Shown piece by piece: positions 27,587-37,715 of a DNA stretch of 64,000 nucleotides (position 1 is the stretch's first letter; every line of letters begins with the position of its first letter). Below the pieces are notes generated by a model. The model saw nothing but the letters and a program-made list of their open reading frames with translations, was not told the DNA's origin and did not search any database. The position numbers and the translations under genes are program-made. Location: IMG/VR virus record IMGVR_UViG_3300025138_000015; one strand, written 5' to 3'. The DNA is from a virus.

Positions 27587-28036
27587 ATGATAAAGAAACA
27601 AACAATAATTTTCGATGTAGACGGAACGATTGCAGATGTAGAACATAGGAGACATTTTGTGTCTCAAAAACCTGCAGACTGGAAATCATTCAGAGAACAG
27701 ACTAAGTTTGATACTCCTGTAGAATGGGTATGTGATATTGCAAAAAGGTTCATTGCACAAGGTGACAATGTTGCCTTCTTCAGTGCAAGAAACGAATCAG
27801 AAAGAGAAATTACAGAGAAACAAATTTCAGAATGGATTGGAAAAGGACATCAAGGACTTTTTCTTAGACCTGACGGTGACTTCAGAAGAGACGATGAGTT
27901 TAAATCTGACCTTGCAGATAAGTTTGAAGAAGTTGGTGGTAAAATCGACATTGTTTTTGACGATAGAAATCAAGTTGTTGACATGTGGAGGCAGAGAGGA
28001 ACTACTGTAGTTCAAGTTGCTGACGGTGACTTCTGA
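27587..28036 (+). CDS. HAD phosphatase, PseT 3'-phosphatase-like stand-alone domain
   Basis: IFDVDGT, FFSAR, VFDDRNQVVDMWR, QVADGDF. Confidence 0.88.
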   Translation: MIKKQTIIFDVDGTIADVEHRRHFVSQKPADWKSFREQTKFDTPVEWVCDIAKRFIAQGDNVAFFSARNESEREITEKQISEWIGKGHQGLFLRPDGDFRRDDEFKSDLADKFEEVGGKIDIVFDDRNQVVDMWRQRGTTVVQVADGDF

Positions 28037-28061
28037 TACTGCATCGTGCCACTGCAAAGCC

Positions 28062-28091
28062 AAAAAAAAGGGACTCAATTGAGTCCCTTTT
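28062..28091. terminator. Bidirectional terminator between the HAD gene and gp23
   Basis: AAAAAAAAGGGACTC-AATT-GAGTCCCTTTT. Confidence 0.9.
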
Positions 28092-28116
28092 AGTATCGAT
28101 AAATCGATTATACAGA

Positions 28117-29421
28117 TTATAGAATGTTTGAAACAGCCATCTTTCTGTAGTATTGGTTTGTTCCTGCTGAAGCAAGTCCGTCTGCTGGTGTAGCACCGAC
28201 AAAAGGATTAGATACCATTCCGTATCTTGTTTTGAAACCAATCTTAGGTTGGAAAGTATTCTCACCAACTGCACGAACCATTTGTAATGGAACATACGGA
28301 CAGTAGAATAAACCAGCATCGTAAGGGTTAGACCCTCTATAACCAACAGTCATGTAGTCAACACCAGCATATGGGTCGATATAGACTTTAACTTTTCCGT
28401 TAAGAACACCAGCAAAAGTATTGCCTGTGTCATCAACATTCAAAGAAGTTGATAGAGCAGGAGTATAATCTAATACTCCAGCCATTGATAATGCAGAAGC
28501 AACATCTGAAGAACATAAGATAAAGTTACCTTTTCCTCTTCTAGTTTCTTTTGCAATAACATTAGCTTCTCTTTCGATTTGGAAAATCAAACCTTTGAAT
28601 TTCTCAACTGACCATCTTCCGTTAGCATCAACATCTAAGTTGAAAGTACCAGCAACAGCTGTTGAAGCTGCACCAGTTTTTGCTTGAATGTTAACATTTC
28701 TGATAACTTCACGGTTGATTTCAGCAAGAATCTCAGATGATAAGATGTTTGCTAATTCTGATTCTGCATCAAGACCGTGGATTGCTTTGAGGTCTTGTGC
28801 TAATTCGAGTGTGTACTCAGCTTTTAATGCTCTGGATTTTGCAGTCACAGTTGCTTTCTCAATTGTGAAAGCCATTTCTGCAAAATGATTACCTGCTGCG
28901 TCACCTAAACTCTCAGCCGAAGCTGTTGACATACCTGCACCTGTTGTAGATGCGTATGAAGGAGAAGAAGTGTCGAAAGGGTCACCGATTGGGTCTGAAC
29001 CTACTGAAGTAGATGTAGTTTGCGGGCTAGCAGAGTAATCTGAACGAGCTTCGTTATGAAGAGCTTCTGATTTGTTATCTCTAGTCGCGTCTACATCGTC
29101 ATTATATCTTGCTTTCATGGCAAAGATAAGACCTGTAGGACCAGTCATTGGTTGAACACCACAAATGTCGTAAGCAACGAGATTTGGCATAGCTCTACGA
29201 ACTAGTGAAATAAGGATTGGGTCCCAATTACTAATCGCTGAGCCAGTAGCATTTAAAGGTGCTGCTTCTTCAAGAGTAGCTCTGTCTTCTGACATAGCTT
29301 TTTCTTGGTTTTCAAGAATCACAGCGGTTACTGCTCTCTTATAGTTGTCTTCGATTTTTGGTAAATCTGAGTGCTCAAGTATAGGAGACCATTTTTCTTG
29401 TAAATTTTCTGATAAAAACAT
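28117..29421 (-). CDS. gp23: Major capsid protein
   Basis: LISLVRRAMPNL, GVQPMTGPTGLIFAM, QPKIGFKTRYG. Confidence 0.99.
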   Translation of the reverse strand: MFLSENLQEKWSPILEHSDLPKIEDNYKRAVTAVILENQEKAMSEDRATLEEAAPLNATGSAISNWDPILISLVRRAMPNLVAYDICGVQPMTGPTGLIFAMKARYNDDVDATRDNKSEALHNEARSDYSASPQTTSTSVGSDPIGDPFDTSSPSYASTTGAGMSTASAESLGDAAGNHFAEMAFTIEKATVTAKSRALKAEYTLELAQDLKAIHGLDAESELANILSSEILAEINREVIRNVNIQAKTGAASTAVAGTFNLDVDANGRWSVEKFKGLIFQIEREANVIAKETRRGKGNFILCSSDVASALSMAGVLDYTPALSTSLNVDDTGNTFAGVLNGKVKVYIDPYAGVDYMTVGYRGSNPYDAGLFYCPYVPLQMVRAVGENTFQPKIGFKTRYGMVSNPFVGATPADGLASAGTNQYYRKMAVSNIL

Positions 29422-29437
29422 TGTTTTTTCCTTTAAA

Positions 29438-30790
29438 TTAACCTAATGGTTTTAGTTTACTAATAGCAGATGAGTATCTTGCAATTGTAGGGTCGAGTCT
29501 TACTGCTTCATTCTCTTCTGAGAAATCACCAGTTCCTTCTTCACTACTTACAGTCATCTCTTCTGCAATGTTGTCACCTTCTGCAGGAAAGTAAGCTTCT
29601 TTGATTTCTGCAATCTTCTCTTCGAAGTCTGCTGCGTCTTTAAAGTCTACACCTTTTGAAAGTGATTCCATTTTCTCTTTTTGTGATTCAGTTAGGTCGT
29701 TAGACGCTTCCTGAACTACATTTGCTCTCTTCAATGAATCTAACTCTTCAGTCACTTCCATATTCTTGGAAACTTCTGAGTCGAGTTTTTGTTCCATTTC
29801 ATCGAGTCTATTTGCGAGTTCGTCCATGACATTGTACTTATCTTCTGGTACTTCAACATAATGTTCTACGAACAATGTTTTCATTCCGTCGATAAAGTTT
29901 TCAGTCATCTCCGCTCTCAAACCTCTTTCTATTGCAAGTTCGTTTTCTTTCGTCCACTCTTCTGCACAATATGTAAGATATTTGTCAACTGCAACCGATA
30001 GGTCACCTTTAACTTTCTCTACTGAGGTTTTTAATTCTTCTGAATACTGAGACTCTAAGGCCTCTTTAATCTCTGCAACTTTACTTTGTACTGCTGCTTT
30101 AAAGATAGTTCTAGCTTTATCAGCATTTTCATCTGATAGGTCTAGTGCTTCTGAGATTGCATTGAGGTCGTCTTCAACTTCTATCTCTACTAATGAAGAT
30201 TCTAATTCTGCAGTGTCAACAGTTTCTTCAACTGATTCTTTCTGTTCTTCTTCCTCTTCTTCTTCGTCTTCATACTTCTCGGCAACTTTAAGCACTGATG
30301 CTTCGTCCATTCCTTTTAGCATTTCAACAATTTTTCTAGCGACTTCTGCTTTAGTCAAGGTCTCGTCAACTTCTTCTTCTGACATTTCACCAAAAGTTTT
30401 TTGAAGTTCTTCTTTGGTCATATCCTTCATGTTGTTGACAATCGCCTTGATTGATTCCATCTTAGTTGCTTTAACAACTTCTTTCTCAGAATCGTCATCT
30501 TCTTTAAGTTTTTCTGATTTCTCAGGAGCCGATGCTGATTTGTTCTGAGCATCTTTAACTTGTTTTGTTTCGCCTTCAGCCTTTTTAACTGATGCGACAG
30601 ACTTGTCAACAGGATTTTCTTCAGGTTTTACGACCTCACCTTTTCCGGATTCTATTTTCTCCGCATCTGATGAACCTTGCTTAACAGGTTTACTGTCACC
30701 CTTTTCAGCTTTAGCGTCAGGTTGACCTGCCTCTAATACTGTTTCAACAGTTTCTTCAACTGTTTCTAGGTTATTTTCTAACTCTGCCAT
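29438..30790 (-). CDS. gp22: Prohead core scaffold protein
   Basis: Acidic coiled coil; VDKYLTYCAEEW, EHYVEVPE. Confidence 0.92.
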   Translation of the reverse strand: MAELENNLETVEETVETVLEAGQPDAKAEKGDSKPVKQGSSDAEKIESGKGEVVKPEENPVDKSVASVKKAEGETKQVKDAQNKSASAPEKSEKLKEDDDSEKEVVKATKMESIKAIVNNMKDMTKEELQKTFGEMSEEEVDETLTKAEVARKIVEMLKGMDEASVLKVAEKYEDEEEEEEEQKESVEETVDTAELESSLVEIEVEDDLNAISEALDLSDENADKARTIFKAAVQSKVAEIKEALESQYSEELKTSVEKVKGDLSVAVDKYLTYCAEEWTKENELAIERGLRAEMTENFIDGMKTLFVEHYVEVPEDKYNVMDELANRLDEMEQKLDSEVSKNMEVTEELDSLKRANVVQEASNDLTESQKEKMESLSKGVDFKDAADFEEKIAEIKEAYFPAEGDNIAEEMTVSSEEGTGDFSEENEAVRLDPTIARYSSAISKLKPLG

Positions 30791-30846
30791 TTTTCTCTCC
30801 TGTTTGAGTATTAAACTTTTTTATAAGTTTACTTTTTATTTATATG

Positions 30847-31500
30847 TTATAGACTCTCAACGAACCTTTTCCATAAATTTAATTTGGTTTCCTCTATTTT
30901 TGACGCTTGGGCAGTGCGGATTTGCTTCTGCATTGCTTCAAGTTCAACTGCTTTGAGAATACCATTCTCCATGACCCACTCAACTCCTTCGTATATACCT
31001 TCAACGAAGGCCTCTGGAGCACTTGGGTCTGCAACGATGTCTGCCGCTGTTGCCAACTGAAAGTCACCCTTAACATATTGTGCATCACCTCGTGATTCAA
31101 GCGAACCTAAACCTCTTGATGAAACACCTAATTTAGCACCATCTGAAATCAAACTTCTTACGATTTGACCGTTTGGGGTACTTAAAATCTTTGCTCTCCC
31201 TATATAATTATCACCATCTTCTTCTAGTGATGTAATTAAATGAGAGACTCTATCTAAATTGATTGTCGGACCTTCTGGATGTCCTAATTCGCCGAATGCA
31301 CGGTCTTTTTCAATGAATTCTTTTCTATAACGACCAACCTCTTTTTCCATTATGTTTTTTGGATAGACTCTGCCGTTTCTGTTTTTGATTTCTGATTGCA
31401 TGAATACACCTTCGATGTAGTATTCTTTCTCACCCTTCTCGTTTTGTTCGATGATTACAGGTGATATTGCGTAATCGTTATATTCAGATATTAGTTTCAT
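30847..31500 (-). CDS. gp21: Prohead protease
   Basis: NRNGRVYP, GELGHP, GVSSRGLGS, DPSAP. Confidence 0.97.
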   Translation of the reverse strand: MKLISEYNDYAISPVIIEQNEKGEKEYYIEGVFMQSEIKNRNGRVYPKNIMEKEVGRYRKEFIEKDRAFGELGHPEGPTINLDRVSHLITSLEEDGDNYIGRAKILSTPNGQIVRSLISDGAKLGVSSRGLGSLESRGDAQYVKGDFQLATAADIVADPSAPEAFVEGIYEGVEWVMENGILKAVELEAMQKQIRTAQASKIEETKLNLWKRFVESL

Positions 31501-31783
31501 TGAATAACTCCTTAAATTCGTCTATAGAGAATGATTCTCCCATAGACTGTAAAACATTCTTAATGTCTTTCATGCTTTTCTCAGCATCTTTAATGTTTTT
31601 GTATGTATCACCTGTGTCCATTCCATCTAAAAATACAAAAACCTCTTTACCTTTTTGAGAATAAGTTAGGTCGTACTTCTTACTTCCAGCTTTAACTACT
31701 TCATTTTTAAGTTGTTTATGACCACTAGGCAACTTTACTTTTGCCTCATTTAGTTCTATAGTCATTTGCTGAAACGATTTCAT
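31484..31783 (-). CDS. Prohead core/internal protein (gp68 position)
   Basis: Position; MKSFQQM...LNEA N-terminus. Confidence 0.55.
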   Translation of the reverse strand: MKSFQQMTIELNEAKVKLPSGHKQLKNEVVKAGSKKYDLTYSQKGKEVFVFLDGMDTGDTYKNIKDAEKSMKDIKNVLQSMGESFSIDEFKELFNETNI

Positions 31784-31784
31784 A

Positions 31785-31946
31785 CTAGTCCTCTTTCTTA
31801 TCCATCCAATTTACCTGAGTTTCGACTCTTTTCATGTCTATACTCTCGGCTGCCTTTTGATGTAAACCTGTAAAGATAGAATCTTTGGCACTATCCATTT
31901 TACCATCTTCAATTTGGTCTACTATTTCTTTTGATATATCATTCAT
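31785..31946 (-). CDS. Small prohead core protein (gp67-like)
   Basis: Manual translation MNDISKEIVDQIEDGKMDSAKDSIF...; located between gp20 and gp21. Confidence 0.65.
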   Translation of the reverse strand: MNDISKEIVDQIEDGKMDSAKDSIFTGLHQKAAESIDMKRVETQVNWMDKKED

Positions 31947-31949
31947 TTA

Positions 31950-33494
31950 TTAAAATCCTCCGAAGTCGTCTTCGTCTTTTTCACCGTTTTCATCTCCACC
32001 ACCCTCTTTCTTTATTTGAGAGTCGATGATTTTGATATCTTCCTCTGTTTGATGCAACACATACTTTCTGATGTATTCATCTGAGAAGTATTTACCGACA
32101 TATTCACTCATTTGTCCTAGAGTGTCCATTCGTTCTCTTAATACTTCTGCATCTTTTAATTCTGTAAAGTGGTTGTCTGTTGCCCAATCGTATTGAATAA
32201 AATCTTTAATCTTATCAAACTCTTCTGAACTTACAATCTCTTTCAAAATTAATTGAGTTCTCAACATATCGTTGAATACTCTTGCAAATTTCTTTTGAAG
32301 TCTATTAGTAAACTTATTAAACTTCAATTCGTCTCTCGTAATCTCTGATGATTTACCCATGTTGAAACCATTATCTGATTCCATACGAGAGATAGGTACA
32401 TTCAATGCACGATATAGTTTCTTTTTAAAGTATTCTATATCTGCAATGTCATCTAAATTCTGACCACCTGGAAGTGTAGATATCTCTGTTCCTCTACCAC
32501 CTTCTCTTCTCGGTAACCAAAAGTCTTCCATCATTGACATGTGTTTTCTGTCGTCTTTGATTTCACCTGTCTGAGCATTATAAACAAGTTTATTTCTATA
32601 CTTGTTCATTACATCTGACAAATACTGTTCTGCTTTTGCCTTTGGCAAGTTACCAACATCGATGTAGAAGATTCTTCTTTCTGGTGCTCTTGATATCCTA
32701 TAGATAACAAGTGCATCTTCTATCATTGACAACTGATTTGCAGTCTTCATTGCCTTATGTAGATACCCAACTACAACATTTTTAGTGTAGTCTAATAGAC
32801 CTGAAGTAGTATAACATACTGCCTCTGGTGCAATCTTGACGGTGTTTCCTTCTCCAGAACCACTCTTGTCAAAACCTCTATCGTTGAAAAGATAAAACTC
32901 TTCAACCTTTGTAATCTTTTCAACATTCGTTTTATTGTCTCTGTCTTTCTCAATATTACGAACTTTCTTAATCTTTATAGGGTCAATATTCCTAATGTCG
33001 ATGATACCTGCTTTAGGTCTTTTTGAGTCCACAACTTTATGAAAGTAGACTCTACCATCGATGTACCATTTTCTGAATAATTCATGAGAGTTCTGATTGA
33101 ATCTCATTATGTTTAGGATGTGATAAAACTCGTCTTGCACCTTACTTTTGATGCTATCAGAGAGTTTTGCATCTCTGAGGTCGAGTGATACTATCCTATC
33201 CGAAGTATCAGAAGTAATACACTCATTTACTATATCTTCAATTGCTGAGTCACACTCAGGTATTAAAGATATTTCACGGTATCTTTTAATGAGTTCTGAC
33301 TCATTTTTGACACCACCTTCCATGTCGATATATGACCCATAAGCACCACCTGTAATAAAACCACCTGGTTGGGTTTGTATAACTGGTGTGCCATCGTCAT
33401 CGACTGGCGGTACGAAAGAGACTGCTTTTTTATCAATCTCTAACGCTCTTAACTCGTCTCTTTTACGAGTGATTTCGAACCCGAATATTTCCAT
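31950..33494 (-). CDS. gp20: Portal protein
   Basis: RAPERRIFYIDVGN, EDFWLPRREGGRGTEI. Confidence 0.98.
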   Translation of the reverse strand: MEIFGFEITRKRDELRALEIDKKAVSFVPPVDDDGTPVIQTQPGGFITGGAYGSYIDMEGGVKNESELIKRYREISLIPECDSAIEDIVNECITSDTSDRIVSLDLRDAKLSDSIKSKVQDEFYHILNIMRFNQNSHELFRKWYIDGRVYFHKVVDSKRPKAGIIDIRNIDPIKIKKVRNIEKDRDNKTNVEKITKVEEFYLFNDRGFDKSGSGEGNTVKIAPEAVCYTTSGLLDYTKNVVVGYLHKAMKTANQLSMIEDALVIYRISRAPERRIFYIDVGNLPKAKAEQYLSDVMNKYRNKLVYNAQTGEIKDDRKHMSMMEDFWLPRREGGRGTEISTLPGGQNLDDIADIEYFKKKLYRALNVPISRMESDNGFNMGKSSEITRDELKFNKFTNRLQKKFARVFNDMLRTQLILKEIVSSEEFDKIKDFIQYDWATDNHFTELKDAEVLRERMDTLGQMSEYVGKYFSDEYIRKYVLHQTEEDIKIIDSQIKKEGGGDENGEKDEDDFGGF

Positions 33495-33535
33495 ACTATT
33501 ATTTATAACACCCTTTTAGGTGCTAATTTCACTTA

Positions 33536-34033
33536 TTAAACTACTCTTTCCCAATGGGAAAAAGCGAATACTGCATCAAAAGTCTCTATTGCATCACCTG
33601 TATCGTAATCTAATGCGATTGGACCGATTGACTTAGGATACATGTTAAAAAATTCATATCTTGCTAGAACTCCGTCTGCTTTATCTAACTGTTCTACGAA
33701 TGCTCTATCAACCATATAATCTAATGTTGATGAACCTCTTGAATCAGAAGTTCCAGCAATCTCATTCATATGAGATTCTAAACCTGTTCTAACTTCAAAG
33801 TTAACATCATTAATTATGGTTACAGTCCAATCTTCGAAAGTTCTGTCACCAGGTAATTTTAATGTATTACCCATATGTTTAACAGAGATATCTCCGAATG
33901 CTGAACCTGGCATACTAGCAGCCTTAGCTAAAAACTCTATTTTGTTTCCTACTCTTGGGATAAAGACTTTGAATCGGTTAGCTCTTGGGCCGCCTCCGAT
34001 TAAGTTTGCTTTAAATTGGTCTATTGTTGCCAT
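33536..34033 (-). CDS. gp19: Tail tube protein
   Basis: GGPRANRF, GDRTFEDWTVTIIND. Confidence 0.95.
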   Translation of the reverse strand: MATIDQFKANLIGGGPRANRFKVFIPRVGNKIEFLAKAASMPGSAFGDISVKHMGNTLKLPGDRTFEDWTVTIINDVNFEVRTGLESHMNEIAGTSDSRGSSTLDYMVDRAFVEQLDKADGVLARYEFFNMYPKSIGPIALDYDTGDAIETFDAVFAFSHWERVV

Positions 34034-34045
34034 TCTTTACTCTCC

Positions 34046-36037
34046 TTAAACTGCTGAATAGATTTCACTAAACTCTACACCACTTCTCGCAGCTACAAAG
34101 TTCAATGTAATAAAGTTAATTGAACGAGCAGGTTTTACAAAGATTGAACAAACGAATTCGTTTCTGTCAATCACTGTATCAGTGTTATTTGTTTCGTCAC
34201 AAATAACTGAGAAGTCTACTAATCCTCTTCTGTTTTTTACATCTCTTAGGAAAGGTTCAACAGCACTTCTAAATTGTGCTCTTGTAAATGCATCGTTGAA
34301 CTCAAACAATTGTGCTTGAGCAGCCGCTGCTATTGCTTTCTCTAATACTATGAATAATCTTCTAACATTGATTCTATCGAATGCAGAAGGTGTTGTTAAT
34401 GCTGTTTTGTCACCAAATAGTACAGTACCTTGTCCAGGGAATGTGACTATTGGATTAATTCTTGCACGATATAGGTCATCTCTACTTCCTTGTTTCGGAT
34501 TGAAAGCAAGTTTAGTGATACCTAAGTATTGTCCTCTGCTGAATCCAGCAGGTGAGAACCATGGGTCTCTTAACAAGTCTGACCTTGCCATGATACCTGC
34601 AGTGTGTCCGTTGCCTGGAACCCAACAATACTTGTCATTGAATCTATCGTAAGAATATACCCAACCTGAATCTAACACTGCATATGATGAAGATGTGACA
34701 TTTGAAAAGTCTGCTTTAACATTTGCTACTTGTGTTGATTCTGAAGAAACATCAACGATTGATGTTTTTCTTGGTGAACATATGAACATGCAATCTTTTC
34801 TTGTTGTTGCAAGTAATATACCTTGATTCACTATTGTATTATGGTCTGCAACTGTATCTTGGTCTGTTCCACTTCCGTTATCAGTTCTTGTTGAACCACA
34901 TATTAAGAATGAAATGTCTACTGTATCTGCATCTGAGAAATGTGTGTCCCATGCACCATACTTTTGACCTGCAGTAGGACTTCTTCCGTCTACACCTGCA
35001 GATAGTGAATAGTTCACTGGTAATAATGGTCTTAAAAATGCAGCTGCAACTGATTGTGCATGAGTTCTATCTACTGTAGAACCATTAATGATTGTTGATT
35101 TATGACCTGACCACCATACCCATTCGGAATCTCTTGCAATTACATTCTTGTAGTAATTACTTCTTCCTGTTGAGTCTTTAGCGTCTGAAGCACAAGAAAC
35201 ATATCCGTGAGTCTCTAGGACTCCGTTAACTGTTCCTGATATTTCTCCATCTTCGTCTATGACAACGATGTGCATTTCATCTGCAGTTCCTGAAACCGCT
35301 GATTGAGCTGCTGAAATACCTGGTGCAGAATCAAACAAGTTATGGAATTCCCAATATCTATCGATATTAGAACCACTTGATTGAGCTACTAATAAACCTG
35401 TGCCAGCTGGTTGATTCAATGCAACAATAGTTATAGATGTTCCGTCTGGTTTTGATATAACTCTGTAGAAGTTATTATCACCTTGGAACTGAACCTGGTC
35501 TCTTATGTTGAATACTGATGAATCGGCAACTGAAATTATAGTTTGTCCGACTGCTTCTGTTCCACCTACAGTGGTAACTGAGTCGTTATAATATGCGTTC
35601 GCTGACGCACATACGGAAACTTTGACTGAGTTTCCTAAAGAACCTGCATATCTCGCTACCCAATCTCCGACTGTGCCGGACTGAGTTCCACCTTTATAGG
35701 TGCTTTCGTACTCGCCATCATTCTTTAGTAGTTGAGATGCACCACCTAAAGCATTTGCTGATGCTAAAGATGTTGTGTTAATTCTAACTACTCTTAGTGA
35801 TGAACCATACTTCAAGAATGCTTCTGCTGAATAAAAGTCTTCAGCTCCAGCATCGGTATTTGCAGGTGACGAAAACTCATCTATCAAACCCTTACTATCT
35901 GAAACTGTTTTTACTTCATCAACAGGTCCCCACTTAAATTGACCTGCAAAAGCACCAGTAGTGCTTGAAACTGCAGGCACAACATTTGTTAAGTCTATCT
36001 CTGAGACTTGAACTCCTGGTGATACTTGAAATGCCAT
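34046..36037 (-). CDS. gp18: Tail sheath protein
   Basis: SPGVQVSEID, WFSPAG, FDRINVRRLF. Confidence 0.98.
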   Translation of the reverse strand: MAFQVSPGVQVSEIDLTNVVPAVSSTTGAFAGQFKWGPVDEVKTVSDSKGLIDEFSSPANTDAGAEDFYSAEAFLKYGSSLRVVRINTTSLASANALGGASQLLKNDGEYESTYKGGTQSGTVGDWVARYAGSLGNSVKVSVCASANAYYNDSVTTVGGTEAVGQTIISVADSSVFNIRDQVQFQGDNNFYRVISKPDGTSITIVALNQPAGTGLLVAQSSGSNIDRYWEFHNLFDSAPGISAAQSAVSGTADEMHIVVIDEDGEISGTVNGVLETHGYVSCASDAKDSTGRSNYYKNVIARDSEWVWWSGHKSTIINGSTVDRTHAQSVAAAFLRPLLPVNYSLSAGVDGRSPTAGQKYGAWDTHFSDADTVDISFLICGSTRTDNGSGTDQDTVADHNTIVNQGILLATTRKDCMFICSPRKTSIVDVSSESTQVANVKADFSNVTSSSYAVLDSGWVYSYDRFNDKYCWVPGNGHTAGIMARSDLLRDPWFSPAGFSRGQYLGITKLAFNPKQGSRDDLYRARINPIVTFPGQGTVLFGDKTALTTPSAFDRINVRRLFIVLEKAIAAAAQAQLFEFNDAFTRAQFRSAVEPFLRDVKNRRGLVDFSVICDETNNTDTVIDRNEFVCSIFVKPARSINFITLNFVAARSGVEFSEIYSAV

Positions 36038-36134
36038 ACTTTTCTCCTGTTAATGTAAAAAGTGTTTACTAGATTATTTATAAGTTTAAATAACCCAATG
36101 AATGCTTCCGTTTACATTCTATACATGTATTTAG

Positions 36135-37715
36135 TTAATCTAAAAACCATCTATCTCCATCAGCATCGACAAAGGATTCAGTATTGTTCTGTCCTGTATC
36201 GAATACACCTGCTGGTAATATATCGTCTTCTATTTGTTTTTGTTGTTCTGCGTATAATAGTTCTTTAACTTGTCTATCAGTTAAATGGTAAAAGTGTTCT
36301 GTTGTCACAAACCATGAGAATAACACTAGATTCATAACCATATCGTCATGAAACCCTCTATCTGCCTCAAAACTAGTACCTTTACTTATAAAAGTCATGA
36401 GTTCGGTGATACCTTCTCTATCACATATTGTCATTCGGTTCTCTTCTAATAACTCTTTTAATGTCGAACAACCTATTCTTTTAATTCTTTTAGTCATTGT
36501 CACACCGATATCTTCTGCTTTACTCATACCTTGAACAAAGACATTTGGATATTCTATATCATAATGTAGTTGTGTTGCAACCATTCCACCCTCTGCATTG
36601 TTCTCAATGATTACTAATGATTCATTATAGGGTGTAGTATACTTTGCAATTAGGTCTGGAAATAACATAGGAGATATCATATTATCTCTATAGGTACAAA
36701 CCTGTCTGAATGGTTTCACTGATATATCCATAATAGTAAATGTAGAATAGTCTATTCCACGACCTTTGGAGACATCAACAGTAGTAATATATGTGTGTCC
36801 TTCTTTAGGTTTCTCATATACTTTAACACCATCTCTGTTCCAATCTGGTTCTTTTGCCATTAAACCCAATAATGTATTAGAATTTATAAGAGTATTACCT
36901 GTTCCTAAGAATGAGTTTCCATACTCTTGTTCAAATTGTGCTTCTGATGTGTTTGCAATAGTCTCTTTCTTCCATTCTTCATCTCTTCCTGGTACATCGA
37001 ACCAGTTAATAAGAAAGTGTTTATATTCAGATTGTTTATGAACGGCACTTTCATATATCTTATAGAACATATTACCAACACCGTTTGCAGTAGATGTAAT
37101 GATAACCTTAGAATCTTTACCAGATGTGACAACAGGATATGTTGCAGTATAGAATGTCTCTGCATCATCAACGAAGGCAAACTCATCAAGATACAAGAGG
37201 TTAATAGACAATCCACGGATACTGGAACTGGAAGTTGCCGCAGCGACTACTTTTGAGTCGTTTGCAAATTCTATGGACCCTTTGTTAAGTATTTTTACTC
37301 CAGGTTGTAGGAAAAAGGGAACACTTTCCAACATGGTTACCATTCTTGCAATCATTTCTCTTGCAATTGCACCTTTGTTTGCCAAAACAGCAACAGTGAC
37401 TTCTGGATTAAAGAGTAAAAACCATAATAGATACGCACAAGATGTGATTGATTTACCACTCTGACGAGATGCAAGAACGATATTAAAACGATTTGAGTTG
37501 TAGTGTTCGATGAGTCTGTCTTGGTACCCACGAAGTTTAAAGGGTACCATACCCTCATCTAGTGATATAATTTGTGTATAGTTCTCAATAAAATGACAAG
37601 GGTCTTGTGAACATTTCACATACTCTTGCATTTCTTGGTCGGAATACTTAGTTTCAATACCTGACCTTTTGACTAAAGTGTTACCTAAGTAACCTTCGTT
37701 TTTAGGTTGTACCAT
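36135..37715 (-). CDS. gp17: Terminase large subunit
   Basis: SRQSGKS, YLDEFAF, TSTANG, HDDMVM. Confidence 0.98.
   Translation of the reverse strand: MVQPKNEGYLGNTLVKRSGIETKYSDQEMQEYVKCSQDPCHFIENYTQIISLDEGMVPFKLRGYQDRLIEHYNSNRFNIVLASRQSGKSITSCAYLLWFLLFNPEVTVAVLANKGAIAREMIARMVTMLESVPFFLQPGVKILNKGSIEFANDSKVVAAATSSSSIRGLSINLLYLDEFAFVDDAETFYTATYPVVTSGKDSKVIITSTANGVGNMFYKIYESAVHKQSEYKHFLINWFDVPGRDEEWKKETIANTSEAQFEQEYGNSFLGTGNTLINSNTLLGLMAKEPDWNRDGVKVYEKPKEGHTYITTVDVSKGRGIDYSTFTIMDISVKPFRQVCTYRDNMISPMLFPDLIAKYTTPYNESLVIIENNAEGGMVATQLHYDIEYPNVFVQGMSKAEDIGVTMTKRIKRIGCSTLKELLEENRMTICDREGITELMTFISKGTSFEADRGFHDDMVMNLVLFSWFVTTEHFYHLTDRQVKELLYAEQQKQIEDDILPAGVFDTGQNNTESFVDADGDRWFLD

Noticed and set aside
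24191-37715. Inteins or introns in uvsW, gp20, gp23 or gp17
   Set aside because: Lengths and motif spacing look normal, with no splicing motifs seen
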